A DNA stretch of 64,000 bases from Deltaproteobacteria bacterium (GTDB lineage: Bacteria > Myxococcota_A > UBA9160 > SMWR01), in the NCBI GenBank assembly GCA_032128375.1, contig JAQBGU010000183.1:15087-79086 (forward strand). Reading direction: 5' to 3'. Positions 28,894-37,667 of this stretch are shown piece by piece. The translations under genes and the position numbers were made by a program. The first letter of the stretch is position 1. Every line of letters begins with the position of its first letter. The notes beneath the pieces were generated by a model. It searched no databases. It saw only the letters and a program-made list of their open reading frames with translations, and was not told where the DNA came from.

Positions 28894-29411
28894 TCTGCGG
28901 TCGGTACGATCGTGTGGCCGAAAAATGCGCCGGCTCGCGCATCGCGACGGAAGAACGCCACAGAATCTACCTTGCGGTCGACCACTGAGACCACGACCTG
29001 GTCTGCGCCGGGAAACGGAAACAGCTCGCTCTCCGCAATCTCTCGATCCATAGCCGACAGATAGGCCCCCGCGTCGACATGCGAGTGGTACACCGCGGTG
29101 ACTATTTCGCCTCGCTCCTCCGCCTCCTCTATGACGCGCATGTAATCCAAACCGTTCATGAGAAATGCCTGGCGTCCGTCTCTTGGGTACGCAACCCGGT
29201 CAGACTTGTGTTGCATGGTCATTTCGTTGCGACAGCGCACGAATCGCTTGAATCGATTCTGGTCGGTGCCAACAATCAGCCCACAGCACTCCTCCGGCAG
29301 GGTCGCGAGCGCATGGGAGTAGAGTTCGTTCAGGATGTGCCTTGGAACCTTGATCGACGACAGCGTCTCATCGACGTCGATTCGCCCGCAAGTTAGGTCC
29401 GTCTCGTTCAT
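28890..29411 (-). CDS. JAB/MPN (M67) metallopeptidase, Mec-like
   Basis: PEECCG plus YHSHVDAGAYLSAMD (JAMM motif). Start approximate. Confidence 0.88.
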   Translation of the reverse strand: MNETDLTCGRIDVDETLSSIKVPRHILNELYSHALATLPEECCGLIVGTDQNRFKRFVRCRNEMTMQHKSDRVAYPRDGRQAFLMNGLDYMRVIEEAEERGEIVTAVYHSHVDAGAYLSAMDREIAESELFPFPGADQVVVSVVDRKVDSVAFFRRDARAGAFFGHTIVPTAE

Positions 29412-29652
29412 GTCGGCATTGAACCCTGGGGGGGAAAGATCACCCTGGTCCGCCGATCGGCGGTCGGCTGTACGGTCAGGGTGCGACGGCCGCAGTCTAC
29501 GCAAGGCTGCGGCCTCCTGCGAGCGTTTCGGGGCCGCCGGACCCTCGATTCGGTGCGCCGGAACGCCGCCGCCACTGTTCAACGCTCACCTGGCCGAAAA
29601 CAGCGTGAAATCATCTTCGGACAGGGACGGCCTGCCCTGCTGGTAGATCCAG

Positions 29653-30190
29653 CTACCAGGAGAAGCCGCGAATCTCGGTCTCATGCGCGCGATTTGTGTC
29701 CAGATGCAGTTGGTTCGGATAGAGATGGAACCCGTTGTAGGCAGTTTCGAAGACGTTCAGCGCGAGTCGGATTTCCGAGAGGGAAATGGTGATCACGAGC
29801 AGCACGATCGAGGCCAGTACGCCGAGCTGCCCGCCCCAAGAGTTGATGCACGCATTTGCGCCGTCCAGATAGATGATGAAAAAGGGAACGGTCACGCACG
29901 AGACGAGACGTCCAGAAATGAAATACGGGAGCTCTTTCGAGGGATAGAACCAATCTCCAAAATCAAAGTGCGTGGAAGGGAAGACCCGCTCCAGGACCGA
30001 TGCGGCCACAACGGAAAAATTCAGCGCGAGCACGATTCGTCGATTCTCCTCGCCGTCGGTCTTTCTCCCCGCAAATCGAGACGGCAGAAAAGGCGAAGAA
30101 CCCGCTGTGCTGAGGCGAGCGCGAAGAAGAGAGCCGAGAAGTCGTTTGTGATGGCGTAGAAGAGGTCTTGTGGAAAGAATGCAACGGACG
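29653..30190 (-). pseudogene. Remnant of a polytopic membrane protein (possibly GT-C/DUF2142-like)
   Basis: Two frames carry membrane-protein-like pieces (AFFPQDLFYAITND; FYPSKELPYFISGRL...). There is no own start, and the DNA looks more AT-rich than the flanks. Confidence 0.45.
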
Positions 30191-30200
30191 TCGCCGCCCG

Positions 30201-30650
30201 TCAGATGAAGTACATCGGCTCGTCGGCGCGGGCGCCGGGCAGATTCGCTCGAGCGGCTTGCCGGCATAGAGCGTCCAGCGTCGTCGCTCCGAGCGCCTCT
30301 GAAAATCGCTCTGCGAGTCCGCTCCACAGGAAATTGGGCCTATTTGCGCTTGTGCCGGCCTCCGGGGGCGCCATCTCGAGCGATTCGGCGAGCGGCCCCT
30401 CGACTGCCTCGACGATCTCGCACAGCGTGATCTCCTCCGCGGGTCGTGCCAGCCGATAGCCGCCCCCGGGCCCTCGTTTGCTGTCGACAAGGCGCGCTCG
30501 GCGCAAGCGCACGAAGATCTGTTCGAGATAGCGGGGAGGAATCGACTGTCGATCGGCGATCGCGCGAATTTGGACCGATTCGCCCTGTCCATTGTACGCG
30601 AGATCGAAGCTCGCGCAGATGGCGTACTGAACCTGAAGCGAAAGTCGCAT
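30201..30650 (-). CDS. Rrf2 family transcriptional regulator (CymR/IscR-like, no Fe-S Cys triad)
   Basis: YLEQIF..L..ARLVDSKRGPGGGYRLARPAEEITL..IVEAVEG. Confidence 0.92.
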   Translation of the reverse strand: MRLSLQVQYAICASFDLAYNGQGESVQIRAIADRQSIPPRYLEQIFVRLRRARLVDSKRGPGGGYRLARPAEEITLCEIVEAVEGPLAESLEMAPPEAGTSANRPNFLWSGLAERFSEALGATTLDALCRQAARANLPGARADEPMYFI

Positions 30651-30717
30651 ATCACTGCCAGCATCGCTGACCCGAACCCCACCCGGCAACTCGGTGCGTT
30701 TTCGTCAGCGCGAAAGC

Positions 30718-30751
30718 CCATCGCGTAGGTCCATCGCGTAGGTCCATCGCG
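30718..30751. repeat. 13-bp tandem repeat ccatcgcgtaggt, about 2.6 copies
   Basis: Read directly; lies upstream of the Rrf2 gene. Confidence 0.85.
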
Positions 30752-30775
30752 AACTCTTTTCGAGCAGAACCCTGA

Positions 30776-30831
30776 GAACACTGCCCTTGGAACACTGCCC
30801 TTGGAACACAGGCCTTGGAACACAGCCCATC
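30776..30831. repeat. 14-bp tandem repeat gaacactgcccttg, 4 diverging copies
   Basis: Read directly. Confidence 0.85.
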
Positions 30832-31117
30832 GCGCCGCGTATCGTGTCACGCTGCACCGGCTCGAAGGCAGCCATTTCGGCGTCGGGTCTTGCCCGTGCG
30901 GTCACGCTCGGGATATTCTGCTCGTACCCCTGTGCCAACACAAGCATCCAGACCCAGCCCACACCAGACCAGTACACAGCCAAGACCAATCCAAAACCAA
31001 GCGACTGCAAAATGCACTCTCCTCCAACGTTCGGGGTGCAAATTGCGCGGAAACAGTGGGCTCGTCGGCCAAAACCGACGCGTGGAAGTACGGGTCAGGA
31101 AGCATCAGGGGACCCGC

Positions 31118-34100
31118 GTGGCCGAAATCGGAGAATTCGTCCGAGCGATCCAGGCACACCGCGAGCTTCGCGGAGCCGTTGCGCACCACGAAGTCCTACG
31201 AGCGCGACCGGCCCAGATCGAACCGAAGCTATCGCCCGCCTTCGAACCGCTCGCGCACATGCTCGAGCGAAGCGGAATTCGCGGACTCTACAGCCACCAG
31301 GCCCGCGCACTCGAGCTGATCGAATCCGGCGAGAACGTCGTACTTTCTACGCCGACTGCGAGTGGCAAGACGCTCGTCTACAACCTGCCGGTACTGCGAC
31401 GCGCACTGGCAGATCGGAAATCTCGCGCTCTCTACGTGTTCCCCCTCAAAGCACTGGAGTGGGACCAGCGGCGGCGACTCGAACGAGACATTGCACTGCT
31501 CGGCGACGAGGCTTCCGACATCGGGGTGGCGATCTATGACGGCGACACACCTCAGAGTCAGCGACGCAAGATTCGCGACAATCCGCCGCAGGTTCTGATC
31601 ACGACGCCCGATATGCTCCACGCGGGGATTCTCCCGCACCACGCTGCGTGGAAGACCTTTTTCGAGGGGCTGGGGTTGGTTGCGCTCGACGAGCTGCATA
31701 CCTACCGCGGAATCTTCGGCTCTCACGTGGCCCAGGTGCTGCGACGCCTGGATCGGGTCGCTCGCTTTCACGGCACGCGACCGCAATTCGTAGCGTCCTC
31801 TGCGACGATCGCAAACCCGGGCGAGCTCGCTACTTCACTCACGGGACGACGCTTCTCGGTGGTCGAAAACAGCGGCGCGCCACTCCAGCAGCGACAAGTA
31901 CTGCTGTTTCGCCCGACGGGTTCAGCGTACACCCTGGCTGCCCAGTTGTTTCGACTGTCCATCGGGCTCGGTCTTCGAACGATTGCGTTCACCAAGGCGC
32001 GTGTGATCACCGAGCTGATTCACAGCTGGGTGATCGAGGCTGAGCCCGATCTCGAGCCCAAGATCAGTTCGTACCGCGCCGGATTCCTGCCCGAAGAGCG
32101 CCGCGAGATCGAAACCCGACTCTTCAGCGGCGAGCTGTTGGGCGTCATCTCGACTTCGGCTCTCGAGCTCGGGATCGACGTCGGTGGCCTCGACGTCTGC
32201 CTGCTCGTCGGATACCCCGGAAGCCAGGTATCAACCTGGCAGCGCGGCGGACGCGTCGGGCGCAGCCAAGAAGCCTGCATCGCTCTGATCGCCCAGCCCG
32301 ATGCGCTCGATCAATACCTGGTGTCCCACCCGCGAGACTTTTTCGACCGCGCATTCGAACACGCGATCGCCGACCCCCACAATCCGGAGATCCTATCGGC
32401 ACACCTGCCTTGTGCGGCTGCGGAAGTGCCATTGCGCGCCGACGAGCCGTGGATGATCGAACCCAAAATGCAGCAGGCCGTCGAGGGCCTCGAGCAAGCT
32501 GCGCGGCTATTGCGCAGCGAATCAGGCCATGAGTGGTTCGCAGCGCGCAGAAGACCTCACCTCGATGTTCGACTGCGCCAAGTAGGTTCGAGCTACGCCA
32601 TCGCGCTCGCGGGCGACTCCAACCAGAAGACCCCCAGCGATCACAACGCGCGCGCAAAGCTGATCGGTACGATCGGGTCGGCGAATGTGTTCTCCGAGTG
32701 TCACGAAGGTGCGATCTACCTGCATCGAGGGCAGCAGTACGCAGTCACCGAACTCGATCGAGATGAACTCGTCGTATGGGTTCGGCGCGTCGACATGCCT
32801 CACTACACCCGCGCACTGTCGGAAAAGCAGACGGAAATCCTGTCTCGTGATCGAACCCGACCGGCGGGGAACTTCCAGGTCGTGCAGGGACGCGTCAAGG
32901 TGACCAAGACCATCACCGGCTACGAGCGGCGCCGAATTCGCGGTCAAGAGCTGCTGGGAACCGAGCCGCTCGACCTGCCCCCGACTTCGTTTGAAACCGT
33001 TGGAATCTGGCTGGAGTTTCCCGACGAAATCGAGCAGGCGCTCAAGGATGCGGGTCGCCATGTCATGGGAGGCATCCACGCCAGCGAGCATGCCGCACTG
33101 TCGCTGTTTCCGTTATTCGCACTGTGTGATCGGCTCGATGTCGCGGGAATCTCCTACGTCCGCCACCCGCAGACGAAACGTGCGGCGATTTTCTTCTACG
33201 ACGCCGTGCCTGGCGGGGTCGGTCTCGCCGCTAGCCTGTTCGATCGCGTCGAAGTTCTACTCGACGCGACGTGCGACTTGATTGCGGATTGCTCGTGCGA
33301 AGAAGGTTGCCCCGCCTGTGTACATTCGCCAAGGTGCGGCAGCGGTAACCGCCCGATCGACAAAGCCTCGGCCGTGATCGCGCTGCGCTTGCTGCTGGCC
33401 CGAGACCCACTTCCGCAGCTTCGCGACGATCGCTCCGGTGCACCCGGCGACATCGAGGATCCCGCCCGCGCGGCTGTGGCCACTGATCGCTCCGCTCCGC
33501 ACGTGATCTACCTTGACCTCGAGACCCAGCGCAGCGCCAAAGATGTCGGCGGCTGGCACAACGCGCACCTGATGCGCGTGGCGCTGGCGGTCACATTCGA
33601 CTCGAAGACACTTGCGTTTCGCACCTTTCATGAAAACGAGGTACACGGCCTGGTGGAGAGCCTGAAACAGGCAGACCTGATCGTGGGCTTCAACATCGTG
33701 AGCTTCGACTACTCGGTGTTGCGCGGCTATACCGATTTCGACCTGAAGGGGCTCCCGACGTTCGACATGCTGACGGCAATCCACCAGCGTCTGGGCTATC
33801 GACTCGCGCTCGGTCACATTGCCGAACAAACACTGGGTGTGAGCAAGGGGGGCGACGGTCTCCAATCTCTGGCCTGGTGGAAGGAAGGCCGCTTGGAGGA
33901 AATCGAGCGCTACTGCACACAGGACGTCTTACTGCTGCGCGATCTGCTCGATCACGCCGAGCAGCACGGACACCTGTGCTTCCAAACCAAGCGAGGGGAT
34001 CGGGTGCGATTGCCCGCGCCCTGGAAGATCGATGAATTGATCGAGCAGACGAAATCGCGCTCGATCCAGCTAGCCGATTCACCACAGATCAATACATCAC

Positions 34101-34189
34101 AGACAAGTTCACCTCAGACAAGACCTACCCCCAACCGAAGTCGGCTGCGATGGGTCGAACCCGCTGCCGCAGGACGCTACTCGACATGA
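31118..34189 (+). CDS. DEAD/DEAH helicase of MrfA/SftH (DUF1998) type fused to a C-terminal DEDD/RNase H-like exonuclease
   Basis: TPTASGKT, DELH, SAT, TSALELGIDVG, QRGGRVGR, CSCEEGCPAC Zn motif; tail YLDLETQ, VGFNIVSFD, YCTQDV. GTG start at 31118. Confidence 0.9.
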   Translation: MAEIGEFVRAIQAHRELRGAVAHHEVLRARPAQIEPKLSPAFEPLAHMLERSGIRGLYSHQARALELIESGENVVLSTPTASGKTLVYNLPVLRRALADRKSRALYVFPLKALEWDQRRRLERDIALLGDEASDIGVAIYDGDTPQSQRRKIRDNPPQVLITTPDMLHAGILPHHAAWKTFFEGLGLVALDELHTYRGIFGSHVAQVLRRLDRVARFHGTRPQFVASSATIANPGELATSLTGRRFSVVENSGAPLQQRQVLLFRPTGSAYTLAAQLFRLSIGLGLRTIAFTKARVITELIHSWVIEAEPDLEPKISSYRAGFLPEERREIETRLFSGELLGVISTSALELGIDVGGLDVCLLVGYPGSQVSTWQRGGRVGRSQEACIALIAQPDALDQYLVSHPRDFFDRAFEHAIADPHNPEILSAHLPCAAAEVPLRADEPWMIEPKMQQAVEGLEQAARLLRSESGHEWFAARRRPHLDVRLRQVGSSYAIALAGDSNQKTPSDHNARAKLIGTIGSANVFSECHEGAIYLHRGQQYAVTELDRDELVVWVRRVDMPHYTRALSEKQTEILSRDRTRPAGNFQVVQGRVKVTKTITGYERRRIRGQELLGTEPLDLPPTSFETVGIWLEFPDEIEQALKDAGRHVMGGIHASEHAALSLFPLFALCDRLDVAGISYVRHPQTKRAAIFFYDAVPGGVGLAASLFDRVEVLLDATCDLIADCSCEEGCPACVHSPRCGSGNRPIDKASAVIALRLLLARDPLPQLRDDRSGAPGDIEDPARAAVATDRSAPHVIYLDLETQRSAKDVGGWHNAHLMRVALAVTFDSKTLAFRTFHENEVHGLVESLKQADLIVGFNIVSFDYSVLRGYTDFDLKGLPTFDMLTAIHQRLGYRLALGHIAEQTLGVSKGGDGLQSLAWWKEGRLEEIERYCTQDVLLLRDLLDHAEQHGHLCFQTKRGDRVRLPAPWKIDELIEQTKSRSIQLADSPQINTSQTSSPQTRPTPNRSRLRWVEPAAAGRYST

Positions 34190-34617
34190 TTTCAGCAAAC
34201 GACCCGCAGCGAACCGTTCGGCTCGCTCACCGCATTGCACTCGGTGTGCTGGCGGGTTGTGCAGTGCTGATTGCGGCGCTCTCGTTGGCACTCTCCGAGG
34301 CATCTCCAGAATCACACAGGTCGAGAACTCCGGCCCCGGTCTTCCCGTACACAGCGGTAGCGCTCGGTGTCGGCGCTATCGCGTGCCGACAGCAGGCCGT
34401 CTCGAACGCACGCCGCGGACACGCCACACCGATGCTTTCGATCGCTTGCTTTGCCCTCGCCGCCGGAATCGGTGTAGTGGGGCTGGCGCTGTTCTGGCTC
34501 GAAAGTCTGGTCCGCCCAGCGCTGCTGTACACAGTCGGCGGCGCGATCCTCGCGCTGCGCTCCCCAGCATCGATCCAAGCGGGCTCCGGAAGCGACGACT
34601 CGGGAGCCCATTTGTGA
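34186..34617 (+). CDS. Four-TM hypothetical membrane protein
   Basis: ATGA overlap with the helicase stop; four hydrophobic segments. Confidence 0.6.
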   Translation: MISANDPQRTVRLAHRIALGVLAGCAVLIAALSLALSEASPESHRSRTPAPVFPYTAVALGVGAIACRQQAVSNARRGHATPMLSIACFALAAGIGVVGLALFWLESLVRPALLYTVGGAILALRSPASIQAGSGSDDSGAHL

Positions 34618-34832
34618 ACTGGAACCGCACGCGAAGCTGGTTTCCTGTCACCGACGAGATCATCTACCTCAACCACGCCGGGGTCGCCCCCATCTCGACC
34701 CGGGTCGCGGATGCGCTCAACCGCTACACCCGATCTCCCGGTCGTAAAATGCGTCGCAGTGAAGTGCACCGTAACGCGTCGCTTCCGCGAGACGTGGCGT
34801 CGGTAGTGGTCAGATGGCATGTTCTGATTTGA
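34614..34832 (+). pseudogene. Truncated class V aminotransferase / cysteine desulfurase N-terminus
   Basis: GTGA-coupled start and RSWFPVTDEIIYLNHAGVAP, then unrelated sequence and a stop after 72 codons. Confidence 0.7.
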
Positions 34833-34857
34833 CGTCTCGCGTGCTGCGCCGTAGTCT
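34829..34857 (+). promoter_or_regulatory. Sigma70 promoter of tRNA-Leu (TTGACG-17-TAGTCT) with a GC-rich discriminator
   Basis: Near-consensus boxes 11 nt upstream of the tRNA. Confidence 0.7.
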
Positions 34858-34868
34858 CCGGCGCCGCT

Positions 34869-34955
34869 GCCCGGGTGGCGGAATTGGTAGACGCGCTAGG
34901 TTCAGGGCCTAGTATTCGCAAGGATGTGCTGGTTCGACTCCAGTCCCGGGCACCA
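34869..34955 (+). tRNA. tRNA-Leu(CAG)
   Basis: GCCCGGG/CCCGGGC acceptor stem, anticodon arm ctagg-ttCAGgg-cctag, long variable arm, GTTCGA, encoded CCA. Confidence 0.97.
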
Positions 34956-35124
34956 CTTCCTCTCCTACAGGACGGGTCACCCGTTCTGAGCCCCTGTTCC
35001 GGCCATCGTCTTCTGGTGCTCGTTTGGTGGCTCTCGTTTCCTGGCCGCCTTTTCTGGGGGGGGCGGGTTGACCAACCCTGCTCCGCGCTTAGCCTTCGTC
35101 AATTGTTCGTCTAACGGAGGTGTT

Positions 35125-37596
35125 TTGGCCGATTCCGACAACCCATTCCAGACCGTGATTGCGGCAGGCCAAGCAGACCTCGAAATTCCGATGGAATTGC
35201 CGGTACTGCCAGTCCGGGACGTCGTCGTGTTCCCCGGGGTGACGGTGCCGTTGGCGATCGGTCGTGCTCGCTCGCTGGCCGCCCTCGAGATCGCGGGTGA
35301 TGGCGGCTTCATGATTGTCGCCACCCAGCGGGACCCCGAAATGGAGGACCCGCAGGTTGCCGACCTGTACGATGTCGGTTGCATCGTGCGAGTGGTCCGG
35401 ATCATCGATGCGCGGCGCGATGGCAAACAGGCGATCGTCGCCGGCGTCGCGCGGACCCGGCTCGGCCCCGCGATCGAGCAATCGCCCGCAATCACAATGC
35501 GGATCGATCCGCTGGCAGACGCTGACCCCGAAACGCCCGAATTCGCGGGTCTGTGGCGGCGAGTTGTCGAACTGGCCCAGCGCGTCATCGATCTGCACCC
35601 CGACTATCCAGACGAATGGAAGGCATTCGTGTCGGGCATTCCCAGTGGCGGGCTGACCGCAGATGTCGTCGCAGCAACGCTCCCGCTGCCGCCGGAAGTC
35701 AAGGCCGAGCTGCTTGCCGAGGCGGACGCGGGGCTGCGGCTGCGGCGCGTCGCGACCAGTTTGGAGCGCGAAGTCACCATTGCGGAAACCCAGCGCACGC
35801 TGAGTAGCAAATCCGACGCCGAAGACATGGAACCGGTTCGACGCGAACGGCTGTTGCGACGCCGAATGCGCGAGATCGAACACGAGCTCGGTGAGTCCGA
35901 CCCCAATATCCGCGAAGCCGAAGAACTCCGCGAGCGGATCGAGGCGGCCGAGCTGCCAGATGCGGCGCTCGAGCAGGCCGAACGGGAGCTGAGCCGTCTC
36001 GCAGCGCTGCCTCAGCACGCCCCGGACCGTCACTTGATTCGCACCTACATCGAGTGGATGGCCGACCTGCCCTGGTCGAAGGAATCCGAGGACAAGCTCG
36101 ATCTGATTCTCGCTCGCGATGTGCTCGATGCCGACCACCACAGCCTGGAAAAGGTGAAGGATCGCATTCTGGAGTTCCTGGCTGTCAGAAAGCTGGCGCC
36201 ACAGGCCAAGAGTCCGATCCTGTGTTTCGTCGGACCACCGGGGGTCGGCAAGACGTCGCTCGGTCGCTCGATTGCGCGCGCGATGGGCCGCAGCTTCGCG
36301 CGGGCCTCACTCGGGGGTGTCCGCGACGAAGCCGAGGTGCGCGGCCACCGGCGCACCTACGTGGGTGCCATGCCCGGCCGAATCATCCAGAGCATTCGAC
36401 GCGCAGGAACCCGGAACCCGGTCTTCCTACTCGACGAGATCGATAAGCTGGGTGGAGATTTTCGTGGCGATCCGTCATCTGCACTCCTCGAAGTACTCGA
36501 CCCGGAGCAAAATCAATCGTTCAGCGATCACTACATCGAGGTGCCGTTCGATCTATCGAAAGTGCTGTTCATTGCCACCGCGAACACACTGTCGACGATC
36601 CCCCCGGCGCTGCTGGACCGGATGGAAGTGATCGAACTCCACGGATATACCGAACGGGACAAGCGCGTCATCGCGCATCAACACCTGATTCCGCGCCAAA
36701 TCGAGGCACATGGCCTGCGGCCCGAGCAACTCAGCGTCAGCGATGAGGCGATCGAAAAAGTGGTCCGCGAATACACGCGCGAAGCCGGTGTGCGAAATCT
36801 CGATCGCCACATCGCGCACTTGATGCGCAAGGTGGCATCACACGTCGTAGGGGCCGCGAAGTATCCAGAACCGGGCTCTGCTGAACCAGGCTCGCTCGTT
36901 CAGAACGCTCCCAAACACGGCCCGCTCGCACAACGCAGTGTTGATCCCATCTCGATCGACGAGGCATTCGTCGCGAATGCACTCGGTGCACCGCCGCACC
37001 TGCCGGCCACTGCTGAGCGTACCGTCCTGCCGGGTGTCGCGGTCGGTCTCGCCCACACGGGACATGGAGGGGAAATTCTTTTCATCGAAGCTGCGGTGCT
37101 TCCCGGTGGTGACGGAATCCGACTGCGACTGACGGGCCAGCTCGGAGATGTGATGCGCGAGTCGGCCGAGGCCGCGCTTTCGTGGGTTCGGTCGAATGCC
37201 GAGGCACTCGAGCTTCCCAAGCACGCCCTCGATCCTTGCGAAATTCATCTGCATGTCCCTGCGGGCGCGGTGCCGAAGGACGGGCCTTCAGCGGGTGTCA
37301 CGATCGTCACCGCACTGGTGTCGGCGCTGTGCGGGCGCAAGGCGCGCGGCGACGTCGCGATGACGGGCGAAATTTCGTTGCGGGGTCGCGTACTGCCGGT
37401 AGGCGGAATCAAAGACAAGGTGCTCGCCGCAGCGCGCGCAGGCATCGAAACCGTCATTCTACCCAAGCGCAACGCAAAGGACCTCGTCGACATCCCCGAC
37501 GAAGTTCTGAACCAGTTGAATCTTCGGCTGGTCGATGAAATCAGTGGCGTTCTCGCCTACGCACTGGAGCCAGAGTCGGCGCCGAGCGAGACCTGA
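35125..37596 (+). CDS. lon: ATP-dependent Lon protease, copy 1
   Basis: GPPGVGKTS, GHRRTYVGA, LLDEIDK, PKDGPSAG, IKDK. Start placed at the TTG after GGAGG (approximate). Confidence 0.95.
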   Translation: MADSDNPFQTVIAAGQADLEIPMELPVLPVRDVVVFPGVTVPLAIGRARSLAALEIAGDGGFMIVATQRDPEMEDPQVADLYDVGCIVRVVRIIDARRDGKQAIVAGVARTRLGPAIEQSPAITMRIDPLADADPETPEFAGLWRRVVELAQRVIDLHPDYPDEWKAFVSGIPSGGLTADVVAATLPLPPEVKAELLAEADAGLRLRRVATSLEREVTIAETQRTLSSKSDAEDMEPVRRERLLRRRMREIEHELGESDPNIREAEELRERIEAAELPDAALEQAERELSRLAALPQHAPDRHLIRTYIEWMADLPWSKESEDKLDLILARDVLDADHHSLEKVKDRILEFLAVRKLAPQAKSPILCFVGPPGVGKTSLGRSIARAMGRSFARASLGGVRDEAEVRGHRRTYVGAMPGRIIQSIRRAGTRNPVFLLDEIDKLGGDFRGDPSSALLEVLDPEQNQSFSDHYIEVPFDLSKVLFIATANTLSTIPPALLDRMEVIELHGYTERDKRVIAHQHLIPRQIEAHGLRPEQLSVSDEAIEKVVREYTREAGVRNLDRHIAHLMRKVASHVVGAAKYPEPGSAEPGSLVQNAPKHGPLAQRSVDPISIDEAFVANALGAPPHLPATAERTVLPGVAVGLAHTGHGGEILFIEAAVLPGGDGIRLRLTGQLGDVMRESAEAALSWVRSNAEALELPKHALDPCEIHLHVPAGAVPKDGPSAGVTIVTALVSALCGRKARGDVAMTGEISLRGRVLPVGGIKDKVLAAARAGIETVILPKRNAKDLVDIPDEVLNQLNLRLVDEISGVLAYALEPESAPSET

Positions 37597-37667
37597 GAAG
37601 GCTGGCCGCGGCGCTTCTTCGCTACCCGAAAATGGCTGGTTCCCGAGCAGTCAGCGGATGGGTTGGA

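Noticed and set aside
28890..29411. JAB protein as a CBASS Cap3 or other defence component
   Set aside because: No CD-NTase, E1/E2 or effector is nearby, and the context is sulfur metabolism.
30718..30831. Repeat arrays as a possible CRISPR or iterons
   Set aside because: No spacers, too short, and no cas or rep gene nearby.
30815..31117. N-terminal extension of the 1124-aa helicase ORF
   Set aside because: It runs through repeat and intergenic DNA. Helicase-like sequence begins at GTG 31118.
31118..34189. DUF1998 helicase as DISARM/Druantia defence
   Set aside because: No methylase, drm genes or other defence genes flank it. The architecture fits a repair helicase.
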